DNA of 63,791 nt, counting the filler, from Phoronis australis (lineage: Eukaryota > Animalia > Phoronida): the NCBI GenBank assembly GCA_002633005.1. It is 5 parts of 5 records of this genome, joined end to end, with 100 filler letters (N's around TTAATTAATTAA, not from the genome) between each part and the next. Parts side by side here need not be neighbours in the genome. Positions count along the whole stretch, not along the records: positions 1 to 15,289 come from NMRA01000425.1; positions 15,390 to 45,921 come from NMRA01000042.1; 3 more parts are not named here. One strand, given 5' to 3'. The position numbers and the translations under genes are program-made. Positions within the stretch are counted from its first letter, which is position 1. Each line of letters starts with the position of its first letter. Positions 12,901 to 23,363 of this stretch are shown in pieces. The notes beneath the pieces are model-generated. The model was not told the origin of the DNA and searched no databases. It saw only the letters and a list, made by a program, of their open reading frames with translations.

Positions 12901-13990
12901 TGAAAGTTGCTCAGTTGGTACAAGAGTGCCACTTCATGTTGACAGAATCCTTTTCCAGCTTTGCAAGTACAGGTGTGTGATGTTATCTCCCACTCATTTG
13001 GTGAAACCAATCTGAAAAGCGAAAATCAAAAATTATGTTACAATAGCTTGTTGGTAAGGGGGATAATGTAAATAATTTGTTACGATGTTACAGGTTAAGT
13101 TACTACGGCCAATAGACTTTTTATAGCCTAGGAGCTCTGAAAATCTTACTAGTGATCTGGCATTTACCACAAATTGTACAAACACGTCATAAATAGAGCA
13201 TTAGCAAGACCATGAAAAACTTTCCTTCAACACTCCAGTAAATTACACATACTAGTTTTAGAATTAAAGCAGCAGTATACTAACAAGATTAAGGATAACA
13301 CGTGTAATAATTATTCGAAGAGAATGAGCTGTTCCAGACTTCTTTTGACTTTGAAAACATTTTGCTCGAACACTGTGATAAGACAGAGCAAGATCACTTG
13401 CGTATCTGGTAAACCTAATTATGGCCCATTGATAGGCCTGCCTCAATAACTCCCAGACCAAGGTGATAATGTGAACTCTTGGCGTGACCTTGTAACTGAA
13501 AACCAGAGGGTCAATCTAGTGGAAATCTTAAGTCTGACTCATGAATCGTTTGCCTTAGGGAGGCTCAGGTACTGTCACGCTGACGCTGACACTTGCTGAG
13601 AGCCCGAGTCTCTCCTAAGACCAGTCAATAGAATCGGTAGGCCCAAGCGACGAATCTGACAAGAATGGCGAGTAAACAAATCGATTTTTATAAATTACGT
13701 TATCATTGGGTCAATGAAGAAAATAATTACGGTTTCAAATAATATTTAACTATTTTTCAAACTTTAAAAGACGATGCTAATAACAAAATGGGCTCAACTA
13801 CTCTTGCTTAATTTAATAGTTGTCGCACGAACGAGCAACACACACATCGAAATTACGCTTACCTCCGATATCATGGACATACGAATCATAATAGAAACGA
13901 TATCCTCTTTGAAGGGAACTTGTGCGTATTGGTATGTTTTTGGAGATCGATTCAACATCAGACAACTTGATTTTTGGTAACGTTGATAAG
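9952..13990 (-). pseudogene. Transposon-borne SWIM zinc finger + YqaJ (lambda-exonuclease-like) gene, frameshifted and interrupted (ISL2EU-type accessory gene)
   Basis: Pieces in order: STLPKIKLSDVE...GYRFYYDSYVHDI with donor gtaagc at 13862; VRAKCFQSQKK (~13330-13400); SWIM motif CTCKAGKGFCQH (12723-13011); EWYQLRRHRITA; AMQFGIDNE, LGCSPD, LLGIKC; YYEQCIGQLGITGETWCDF. Frameshifts at about 12730 and 10375; Kolobok insertion at 10601-12279. Confidence 0.8.
10601..12279. mobile_element. Non-autonomous Kolobok-type DNA transposon, copy 2 (inverted relative to copy 1)
   Basis: TTAA TSD at 10597-10600 and 12280-12283; TIRs AGGAGCATGCCACCC...GGGTGGCATTCTCCT. Removing the element and one TTAA restores the host reading frame (...AVDLL-KKKTVVTEAMQFG). 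Confidence 0.88.
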
Positions 13991-15389
13991 ATGCTGCGTG
14001 GTTGGTAAGTAGGTTTGGCAGGGTGGTACCATTGTAGGTGCAGGTGTGAAGACGTGCTTGCGTAAGAACCGGGGTTCATTTGTGTCATTTAGGGGTTACC
14101 CTTGTCTTGGTAAGCAGTAATGGTTTGTAGTTTGGGCCATAAGTCACTATGAAGAAACATCGACGAACAGCTGACATAATTTTGTAAATTTGAAACAAAA
14201 GGGAAAAGGCTTTGACATCAACAGTTTTTAAACTCATTAAAATTTCTGTTGAAATGGTGAAGAACCACTTTGAATAATGTAGTTTAGCGTGCTTTGGGCG
14301 TTCTTTGCCACTTTAATTTAATATGCTAAAAATGTCGCGTAACAATTTTATATCACGTAACCGCCGCTTGATGGAAGTGTGTCGTATTTAACATGAACAT
14401 AAATTTCTGATTGACTTATTGTTTGAGTTATATATGTTTGTGTCAGTGCTTTTGGAAATTTTGTGTCTTCGGCAAATTATCTATCCTCAAACAGCAGACG
14501 TATCACCTAATTAAATTCCTTTTTAAATGACCATCAAGGTTTGTACAGTCAATATAACCGTTGCTCTAATGTAAAACAAAGACATGAGAAACTTGCACCC
14601 GCGTGGACCATGATATAAGTGTGCCTAATTTACGATGCGAATCCATTCATGCACAAAAGCAAAATCGATGTCTCAAACTGCTATATGTAAATGTGTCGAA
14701 AATGGAGAGGCATGAAATGATTGTTAAAGCGGAAATTGCAAGGTCCAAACCAATCTGAACAACAATATGATCTAAATTCTAGTTTATAATTATCATTGCT
14801 ATATTCTTAACATTAACTGAATTGTACGCCGCTATACAATGTTATTTACATATTTAGTGCCTTGGTGTTGTAACGCCATCGTTGTAACGGAGAATAGAAA
14901 CGGCGCCATTTTCGTTCGTTACACATTTGTGACGTGAGGTTGGGGAACACAAAGGAAGCAATCTGTGTCCAAGTGAGTACAGCAGCGTAGATGAGGAATA
15001 CTTTGAACGATACAGGACGGACAGGTGGACTTTTCAGATGATCCCGACCTTTCGGACGAGGAGGTGGAGGTGACAGATCCCAGAGGAACAATATGTGTTC
15101 ACAGCTTTTCTGTAGTGGAGCCGTTCTCCCTCGATCCTTTTCACGGCCCTTTCTCTGGTCGCCGAAGGCTCACTCCCAGCGGGTTCGTCCTGTGAACGTC
15201 AACAGGCTGAAGGTGCGCAGGAGTTGCGATTAGATGTTAGTGATTGGTAAGAATATTATCAATATGTATCCTACAACCGCGAATTATAANNNNNNNNNNN
15301 NNNNNNNNNNNNNNNNNNNNNNNNNNNNNNNNNTTAATTAATTAANNNNNNNNNNNNNNNNNNNNNNNNNNNNNNNNNNNNNNNNNNNN

Positions 15390-15814
15390 GGAGCCTGCCT
15401 GCGCTGCCTTCGGCAGCTGGGCTGGGGCCCGCCTAAGTGCTACGCCGGAGCCTGCCTGCGCTGCCTTCGGCAGCTGGGCTAAGGCCCGCCTAAGTGCTAC
15501 GCCGGAGTCTGCCTGCGCTGCCTTCGGCAGCTGGGCTGGGGCCCGCCTAAGTGCTACGCCGGAAGCTGCCTGCGCTGCCTTTGGCAGCTGGGCTGGGGCC
15601 TGCCTAAGTGCTACGCCGGAGCCTGCCTGCGCTGCCTTCGGCAGCTGGGCTGGGGCCCGCCTAAGTGCTACGCCGGAGCCTGCCTTCGCTGCCTTCGGCA
15701 GCTGGGCTGGGGCCCGCCTAAGTGCTACGCCGGAGCCTGCCTTCGCTACCTTCGGCAGCTGGGCTGGGGCCCGCCTAAGTGCTACGCCGGAGCCTGCCTG
15801 CGCTGCCTTCGGCA
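15390..15814 (+). repeat. GC-rich 57-bp minisatellite (~7.5 visible units, truncated by gap)
   Basis: Unit GGAGCCTGCCTGCGCTGCCTTCGGCAGCTGGGCTGGGGCCCGCCTAAGTGCTACGCC. Confidence 0.95.
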
Positions 15815-16320
15815 GAAAATTGGATTTTGTGCAATATTGGTTCGAACATAATTGCCTAGTCTGATTACATCAAGCAGACAAGTATCTAATGTGTCTTGAA
15901 TCTTGAGAGCGAACGAATCTAGGTGTATTAACATTTGGTGGACGTCAGCTTTAAGGAACACGTGGGATTTTGCCTTCGGACAGTATCTTAACCATCTAGA
16001 TTTTCTCATTGAGTTAAAGTAAGGTTTCGTTACACAGTAATCACCTATGTTTACAGAACCTTGATATTTCTCATCGTACAGGCGTTCATGATATCTTTTA
16101 GTCTCGTCATGTAATTCTTAATGTGTAGTTATTACCTTGGCAGATTCGAGTGCCTGCATCTATCAATCATATGGTCTTAATCAGGGAATATGACTTGTCA
16201 CGAATTTTGAAATTAATTGGTGTCTCTTGAGTAATTGCGACAAAAGACTTTATAAAGAAACAACAAGAAATCCAGCAATTCGTCACAACTTTGTCGTCGC
16301 TCTTGCTCAGAAACCTAGCC

Positions 16321-16560
16321 ATAGACCCTATTCACACGACGGCCATTAAGATCCAAAGCGAGGCTCACTGCGATAAACAAAGCTAAAGTAGACTCTGCCG
16401 GTCTTTCGAGTCCAACATGGATATTAAATTTTAATGATGTGTCGACAATTAACCACAGAGACGTAGAAAATTACATTAGAGAACAAGTTAAGGCGCCAAA
16501 GAGTTGTCTGACGAAAGGGTTTATTTTTTTTCGGAAAACTAGGTTCGAAACATGAAAAGT
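16321..16560 (+). mobile_element. Terminal fragment of a second ISL2EU-like element with relic first exon of the SWIM-YqaJ gene
   Basis: ATAGACCCTATTCACACGACGGCCATT resembles the 9832 terminus. The relic NDVSTINHRDVENYIREQVKAPKSCLTKGFIFF parallels the 13863-13990 exon and is followed by a gtaaat donor at 16559. Confidence 0.45.
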
Positions 16561-19500
16561 AAATATGACCAAACTGCGGCGATTGTAGTGTTACGGATTA
16601 GGTATTATGCTGAATGCAGGGTTACGCTTTTTCTTATAAATTGTTGATCAAAATACTTTCTACGCGAACCAGGTCATCTGCTCGTATTGTTGACGAGTTG
16701 AAGACATATTCGACAGTGGTGTCTGTCATGTGCAATTAGTCACATCTGGTTTAATTTGTTGATAAGAATATTAACGTCAAGCATAGCCTGATCCTATGCA
16801 CTCACTGGGACTACCAGTTGATTTGTCATTGGTCTGAAAGAATAATTGATGTTATTAAATATATTTTGATTAAAATAAAAAACCAGGCTCGTAATTGAAA
16901 ATAAAGATTATTTGACCATCAATGCTTTCTTGGTTGTAATAATTTTTACGTCTATTTCATGTGTAAGATTTCAAATATCATTCTGGACCAAGTTGAATTC
17001 TAAAATTAAAACACCTAATTCGTTCTTCCAAAACATAACTAGAGAATAGTTTACGTGACACGCGATTGCGCTCTCGTGTCACGCCAGCTATTAAGGCGTC
17101 ATCACGTTTGCACAGTACATTTCTACACAAAACCAGATAAGTGCTGGTGAGTTCTTTTGTTTGTCTATTTTCTGGCGCATACGTGTATTAGCCGTTATTA
17201 TTAGTTATCATTCGTTGTTTATAAAGAGTTCAATTCACAGTATTTGTATATTCATTTTGTATGTTTCAGACGGACATTCGTCTTGCTTAATAAAGCATCG
17301 TTAGAAAAACCCGAGGGTTATTGTCTAATAACATCGTTTTAGAACTCAATTTCAGTTAACTGGACAATGCAATCATAGTTATCATGTTTCTGTAGAAGCC
17401 TCTTTCATCCGAGGGGAACGGTGCCAGTGCCTACTGAGAGGCGATTTTTTCGCCGAGTGAGGGCGGGAACAATCTACCTCCCAATCACCATCAATAGCAC
17501 AACCGCCCTGTTGCAAGCTCTCATAGGCTCTGCCTCAATTTAAAGTAGCCTTTTGTGCTCTTAAAAATTGTCACCTGTGTTACAGGGGACGTGAACTCAG
17601 AGAGATTTTTCACTAGGGGAATTTTTATGCCTCGTTGGGGGAATTTCGCGTGATATTTCAATATGTTTGAGAGGGAAATAGGGCCGATATCGGGCCCCAA
17701 ATTTGAGTGATTGAGGGCCAGTCCTTTTTGGAAAGAAAAATTATAATGTTTCAACCCGTAGCAGGGGCGGATCCAGGTTTTTCATTTAGGGGGGACAGGG
17801 CACAGCAATAAGCAGCATTTCGGCAGATGTGCACGCCCAGCCTAAACTCTGGGGATGCAGGGGTCTTGAATTCTTGGGTTTGCGGACCTGTTGACTAAAA
17901 AAAAACGGTAAACGGGGTTCATTCAGCGCCTATGCGTTGTTTATTCACCCCCCTGGTTGCGCACGTGTGCTAGTCAGCAATTCGCACTCGAACTCAAAAA
18001 TGGGATCTGATACAATTTTAGGAGGGGCGATGTACCCCCCCCCCCCTAAATTCGTAGTCATGAAAACACAGCCTGGCTGGCCCATTCTCTGTCGTTACTA
18101 TATGATGCATAACAATCAACAGACCGACATGCGACAAAATATGATCTAACTTTTCGAAAACATTTATAAATTTTACACGGACATATTTTGCTTCGTANAA
18201 TACACCTCTAAAAATTGCACATCGTCTTTGCGCAAACTACATTGAGATTTAAGTCTCCCGAAAAATGTTGACGATCGGATAGTGTTTAAAAGTCTAATTC
18301 TAAATTTCTCCAGTTAGTGCACAAATGAAGTAAAAGAAAGTAGTTTTGCTTGTCGCGTCAGCTGTTGGTATCATTATCTCGATTTATGACCCACAATGCG
18401 TGACTGGACAAAGCCTTTTCAATTTAGCCGGTGGAGCGTGAGACCCCTGAGGTCCCAATCGAGTCCTCACGACAACTTCGCGTTATGTCGTGCGGCCACG
18501 ACCCAACCAATTACTGTTAACCAATCGTCTACCTTCCAGCGATATTAGGCGACAGCGGTAATACGTGTACGTTTATTAGGTGTCACGATCCAGGGAAATC
18601 TTTACATCAGCTGGTGCACCGAGGAACACATTTTCAAATGGCTGTGCCGTTTCTGTGGAATATTGCCCACTCTGTACACATGCACATGAAAGTAGCCTAA
18701 AATATCAGCGCAATAATCCGTCAAGAGCAAAGGTTAAAACATGTTTGAAACGAAGGACTTGCAAAAAAATTCAATTAATGTTTTTCGTATTCTGACGAAC
18801 CAAGCATAGGATTCATGGTATATAGAAACTTTAAATTTCTTCTACTGCTATTTTAGAGCAGTTGGTTAAAATTTGCTAAAATGGGCGTCATGACCTATTA
18901 AATTTTATCCCGAAAGTAAAAGAAGGCCAGTTTTACAGTAGATGCTAGTTTTTCAAACTAAGACATTCCAGTTGTTAATCATTTCACCTAGGTGTAATAC
19001 TTCCACTAGTTTTGCCTGATGTTCTCGTACAGTCACTCTTAAGTAACCTTCTGGCTCATTGGTTAGTACTGATAACGTCTTCGATCATTCGAAAATTTTC
19101 TGTTGTAATATAAAATTTAAAACAAACAATTCGCTTTCCTGGCTAATTTTTGTAACTTTTATGAAACGAACAGGGATTTGTCATTGCGCTTACATGAATG
19201 CACCATTAATTGGAAATTGGGTCATCTACGTTCGTTACTGTAGCTATTAAGTAAGTCAAGAGTAACCTTATACTCATTAATAGTAATCACAAAAACTTCT
19301 GTTACCAATTAGTGTAGTGATATATAATACATCATTTTTATCGGATAAAAATGAATCGCCAGAAGCCAACTTCCTCTAAATACGTTATTTTCATTTCTCT
19401 TTCGTTATTCAAGGTAGCCCAATCGTCTATAATTCATCGACTCTGTTGTTACAAGCTGGTGAGAACATTTACATTTTTAACCTAACTCAAGGAGGGTACA

Positions 19501-19684
19501 TGTAAGTGCATCACACCAGGGTTCTTGCTCAATACCTAGACTGAATGTCAATAGTGTAGGTTTAGCCAAACACCCATTCTCAATACAGCCCACAATACAA
19601 AAATACTTGCGATAGATTTGACTGTTTGTATTTTTAACACTGCAAGCTCAGGTTCAGCTGAGTGTTCAACGGGACTTCGTAAAC

Positions 19685-19752
19685 CCATTTTCTCGCCAGA
19701 CGTCGCTTTCGAGCCACTGCTCTCTACAAAGCGGCGTCTGGTGAGAAAATGG
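19685..19752. repeat. Short inverted repeat/hairpin (~25-bp arms)
   Basis: CCATTTTCTCGCCAGACGTCGCTTT ... AAAGCGGCGTCTGGTGAGAAAATGG. Confidence 0.8.
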
Positions 19753-19829
19753 ACGTTCACACTGTAAGCTCACGAACAAACAACAAGCAGCAAAAAACCA
19801 CACTTCTCGGGGTTGGCGACGGGGCACTG

Positions 19830-20111
19830 CCGGGAATCAACAGCGACGGTATGGTACCCTTCTTCAGGCGTTGTTTCGCAGGGACCTTCGTCAATTCAGC
19901 GTACATATGTCATTCGTAATCTGACGGCAGAAAATGCTTGCCACACACTCGGTAACCTTTCCACTGCTTTGTAAGTTGCGTGGACGGGTAGCGCTGCGTT
20001 CTTCACATGAACGAGCTAGCAAAGTACGGCGAAGTGTGTCATCCTTCGGAAAGTGACGCATTAAGGTACCCAAAGCGCGTTTGAGACGATAATGAGTACA
20101 TCCCGTGGCAT
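19830..20111 (-). pseudogene. Degenerate THAP zinc-finger domain (transposon-derived)
   Basis: Across one frameshift: ...GCTHY...RHFPKDDTLRR... then YRVCGKHFLPSDYE*HMYAELTKVPAKQRLKKGTIPSL. This contains the FP, CxxHF and AVPT-like box motifs of THAP. Confidence 0.65.
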
Positions 20112-20643
20112 GTTGACTGATTTGTAAACAAAAGCAAAAGACGACCGAACTTGTCACAACCGAGGGTAGAACGATGAGTGGCTCGACAGCCCTCACAGAC
20201 TATAATGAAAAGAAATTGGCGCGAAACTCTTGCCTTCCAAAACGTCACTTCCGGAGTAGAGGACGAGAAATTAATCAAATTACGAAAAGCTGCAATTAAG
20301 TGAAAAATGTGTCTGGGATAATCAACGAACCTTATTTTTGCTAAAAGTGACAGATGAAAAAAGGTTGCCTTCGCCTTTAAGTCTCGTAGACTGAAAAACA
20401 TTTTAATGTCAACAGGAGCAACACATTGTGCAACCTTAAACTTGCACAATGTGTTGTTCCTGTTGGTGTTATAGCTACATTTGATGTACATCGTTTTTGT
20501 TGACTAGAAGGAAGTGATTGATTCTTTGGCTCCTTCTTTAAAGTTGAGGAGACAATAAACCAGCACCCTTTTTGTGTCAAAAACAACCTTTAATTTGGGC
20601 CACATACGTATCGTGTTATGAAATCCATCTCATCTTGTCCTTA

Positions 20644-21123
20644 TGCCCCCTTCACACCAGAGGTGCGGTGCAACTGCGGTGGTTGTTTCGGCATAAACCG
20701 CAGTGGCACCGCCATGATCACCGTGGTTCCACAGTGATTCCGCCATTGATCGCCGTAGTACCGCGGGAAACTGTCAAAACTACAGACCTTTGTGGTGGCA
20801 CGGTGGAAACTTTTAACATGTTGAACTTCCGCAGTGCCACTGCGGGTTGGGGAAATCCGCTGTGAAATCGCCGCGACACCGTCATGTCCGCTGTGGCACC
20901 GAGGACCGCAGTAGCACCTCCTTCACCGCTGTGCTTCCGCAGTACAACCTCAGTGCAATCGCCGAAAACGCACACCGGCGACCCTACAGCGATCCCGTGG
21001 CCCGAAGAAAAACACGTGTGACGGGCAGGGCAAACCTACAAAACACTACTGGCTGTGTCACTACGGTGATGGCGGTTTTGACCAAAAGCCGTAGTGGCAC
21101 CGCGCCTCTGGTGGGACGGTGAT
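20644..21123. mobile_element. GC-rich MITE with ~40-bp imperfect TIRs (PIF/Harbinger-like)
   Basis: Left end ...TCACACCAGAGGTGCGGTGCAACTGCGG; right end CCGTAGTGGCACCGCGCCTCTGGTGGGA...; TA-rich flanks. Confidence 0.6.
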
Positions 21124-23297
21124 ATAACTCAGAACAAATGAAACGATTTAGAGGCTTGGGTCGGAAGAACAGTCAGGTTGTTCTTTGTTCATACCATGCC
21201 CATAACGTTTCTTGCCAGGCCCAGTAGTATTGTAGTCACAGAAGTTCCAGTCCATTTATTTTAGCATCTTATAACTCAAACAAGATTAGAACGTGATGAT
21301 GCACCTAATACTTCGCTCCTAAACAAAGTGATGACGTGGCTTTGGAAAAACAAATACACCTGCAAAAATGTTCATTTGACGTTTCTAACTCCAGGACAAA
21401 GTTTAGAGAGGCGTTTTGAAGCCTCTATAAACTATGTAAATTTGAAGTATCTTAAAAGATACTTAAAAAACGACACGTTTATTATAGGCGTGAGGATCTC
21501 AGAAGTTGGCGTAACGCATGTCGGAAAGTGATGTGGTCAGGCTCACCATAAGTTGGTCGACTCTTTTCCTAAAAATATAAAGAAAAGCAGCAATTACCAA
21601 CGTACTAGATAATCAGCTAGGCAACATACGAAACTTGGCAGTACTTAAATGATACTTGTCATTTTAAGAAACTTTTGAATACCTGAATGCACTTTATTTT
21701 CTATGAGGAAAGACTGAAAAGATTCAGTCATGCGATGCAAAGTTCGTGAATCTCTATAAGGCGTTATCAAAGTAGTAGCTTGGCATTGTTTTTTTAAGAA
21801 CGACGTAACAAGATAATTGAATGCGTTTCTTTTCGACTGAAAATACCGCATGGTTACATGTGGAGGTAATATGACCGGATCTAAGTAAGATAATGCGTTA
21901 GCGTTGGCTTGCAAGGAAGTAAGTAAACGTTGTGCAAACGCAGTTATATTCCGTCTCTTACCACAAACACTCCCATTACTTTTAAAAGTCGTGACACTCG
22001 TGTCTGAACGCTGCTTGACCTTAACCTCGTAACTGCTATAATATAACAATAAATTGAACGTACAAAAAGAAAATATCCATGCAGAGACACATATGTTGCG
22101 ACATTATTTCTGGACATTAACAAAACAAAACAAAATTGCCAATTAACCTTTTTACATGACTGAGCGCGTCAAAAGTTTATTTCGCAAGTCTTCTCAATCA
22201 AGTATAAAACCTTTTTTGATGATAGTGTTTACCGACGACCAATCTCTCAACGTACCTTTTTCGCAATAAACTTCAAGTGAAGGACATGTTCATACAATTG
22301 ATGTTCTTTATGCAAAAAGCATTTGACCAAAAAAACTTCTCGAAATTCAGAAATTTTAAATGAAATTATTTCGCCACATTTTATAATATCCAGTTACACT
22401 ATTCTAAAAATATGATTTTGACCGTTTTGTGACAGAAGAAAATTATGAAGAAAATGGAATTTGTGAACCTCCATGTGATTCATTATACAATTACCTTTGA
22501 TGACATATTGCATTTCTTCCAGTGTTTTTATTCAATTTTCTTTAATCTCGCCTCTGACATCGTCGTTTTGGACATCTTTCTTTCACTCACAAAGTATAAA
22601 CCTTTTTTGAAATTCAATTTTACTGGTGTGACCTAAATACATGTATAACGATGTTCACCAGCGATACTTACCACCTTTTAGAAATGTGCAGAACTTGATA
22701 CTTTTGTAAATATCATGAAAACAAAGTGTATGAATGAGTTAAGGGACTTATGGAAATTTTTTATTAAAGTCTGAAGACGTGGATCTACTGTATTGTCGAT
22801 CTATCTAATGTGTGCTCACGTGTACACTTGTGCATGTTACTATTTGAAATAATCATGTAGGCCAGTGGTCTTATTACATGAACTATAATCAGGAGAATGG
22901 ATGGTCAAGCCAATTACGTCACTTCACTGTTATCGACTACAGAACAGTAAATAAAGCTGAAACATACATCAGGGAAAATCAGTTCATCCATGTTTAATAA
23001 TAAAAAACAGAAGACACGCTGACTTCCCCTTTAAAGTGACATCTTATGCAAGGTGGTTTCGAACGCATTTTGCTGTTCTACAGCTCTGGTCAAAACTAAT
23101 AACTTCACGAAGTCTAATCTACCCATCAATAACACTCAAATGCGTTTTTGGTCCTAAAACCAAGTCCATCATGTCAATCACACGAAAACCCGCTTAATTG
23201 TTTTGTTTAGATACCTTGGTCAAAATGCTTTTGGCTTTCCTTATTGGTACGTGACTTAGGCTACGGTTCGCTGGTTTGAAGGCAGCGGTCGACGCTT

Positions 23298-23303
23298 TAT
23301 AAA
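23298..23303 (+). promoter_or_regulatory. TATA box of cystine-knot gene A
   Basis: TATAAA 66 nt upstream of the ATG of the first micro-exon; gene B has the same arrangement. Confidence 0.55.
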
Positions 23304-23363
23304 GCTGTTGATCAGCCGTGTAAATCAATGTGGTTGGGCTTTTCAGAAGGCAACGAAAACCTC

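Larger units (their letters stand above)
9832..14000 (-). mobile_element. ISL2EU/PIF-Harbinger-group-like DNA transposon remnant carrying the YqaJ gene
   Basis: Terminus-like ATAGACATTATTTACACAATCGCCATT at 9832 resembles the sequence at 16321. The SWIM-YqaJ cargo is typical of ISL2EU. The far end was not located. Confidence 0.5.

Noticed and set aside
15290-15389. TTAATTAATTAA centred in 100-nt N blocks (also 45922-46021, 54243-54342, 58989-59088)
   Set aside because: Artificial scaffold spacer with stops in all frames. Adjacency across these joins is not guaranteed; the cystine-knot pair lies within one gap-free stretch.
15390-15814. CRISPR-like array (also considered for 24854-25115, 49510-49800, 51826-52076)
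   Set aside because: Head-to-tail repeats without unique spacers, no cas genes, eukaryotic context.
22972-23030. NF-kB-like motifs upstream of gene A
   Set aside because: Imperfect short matches expected by chance and not clearly conserved upstream of gene B.
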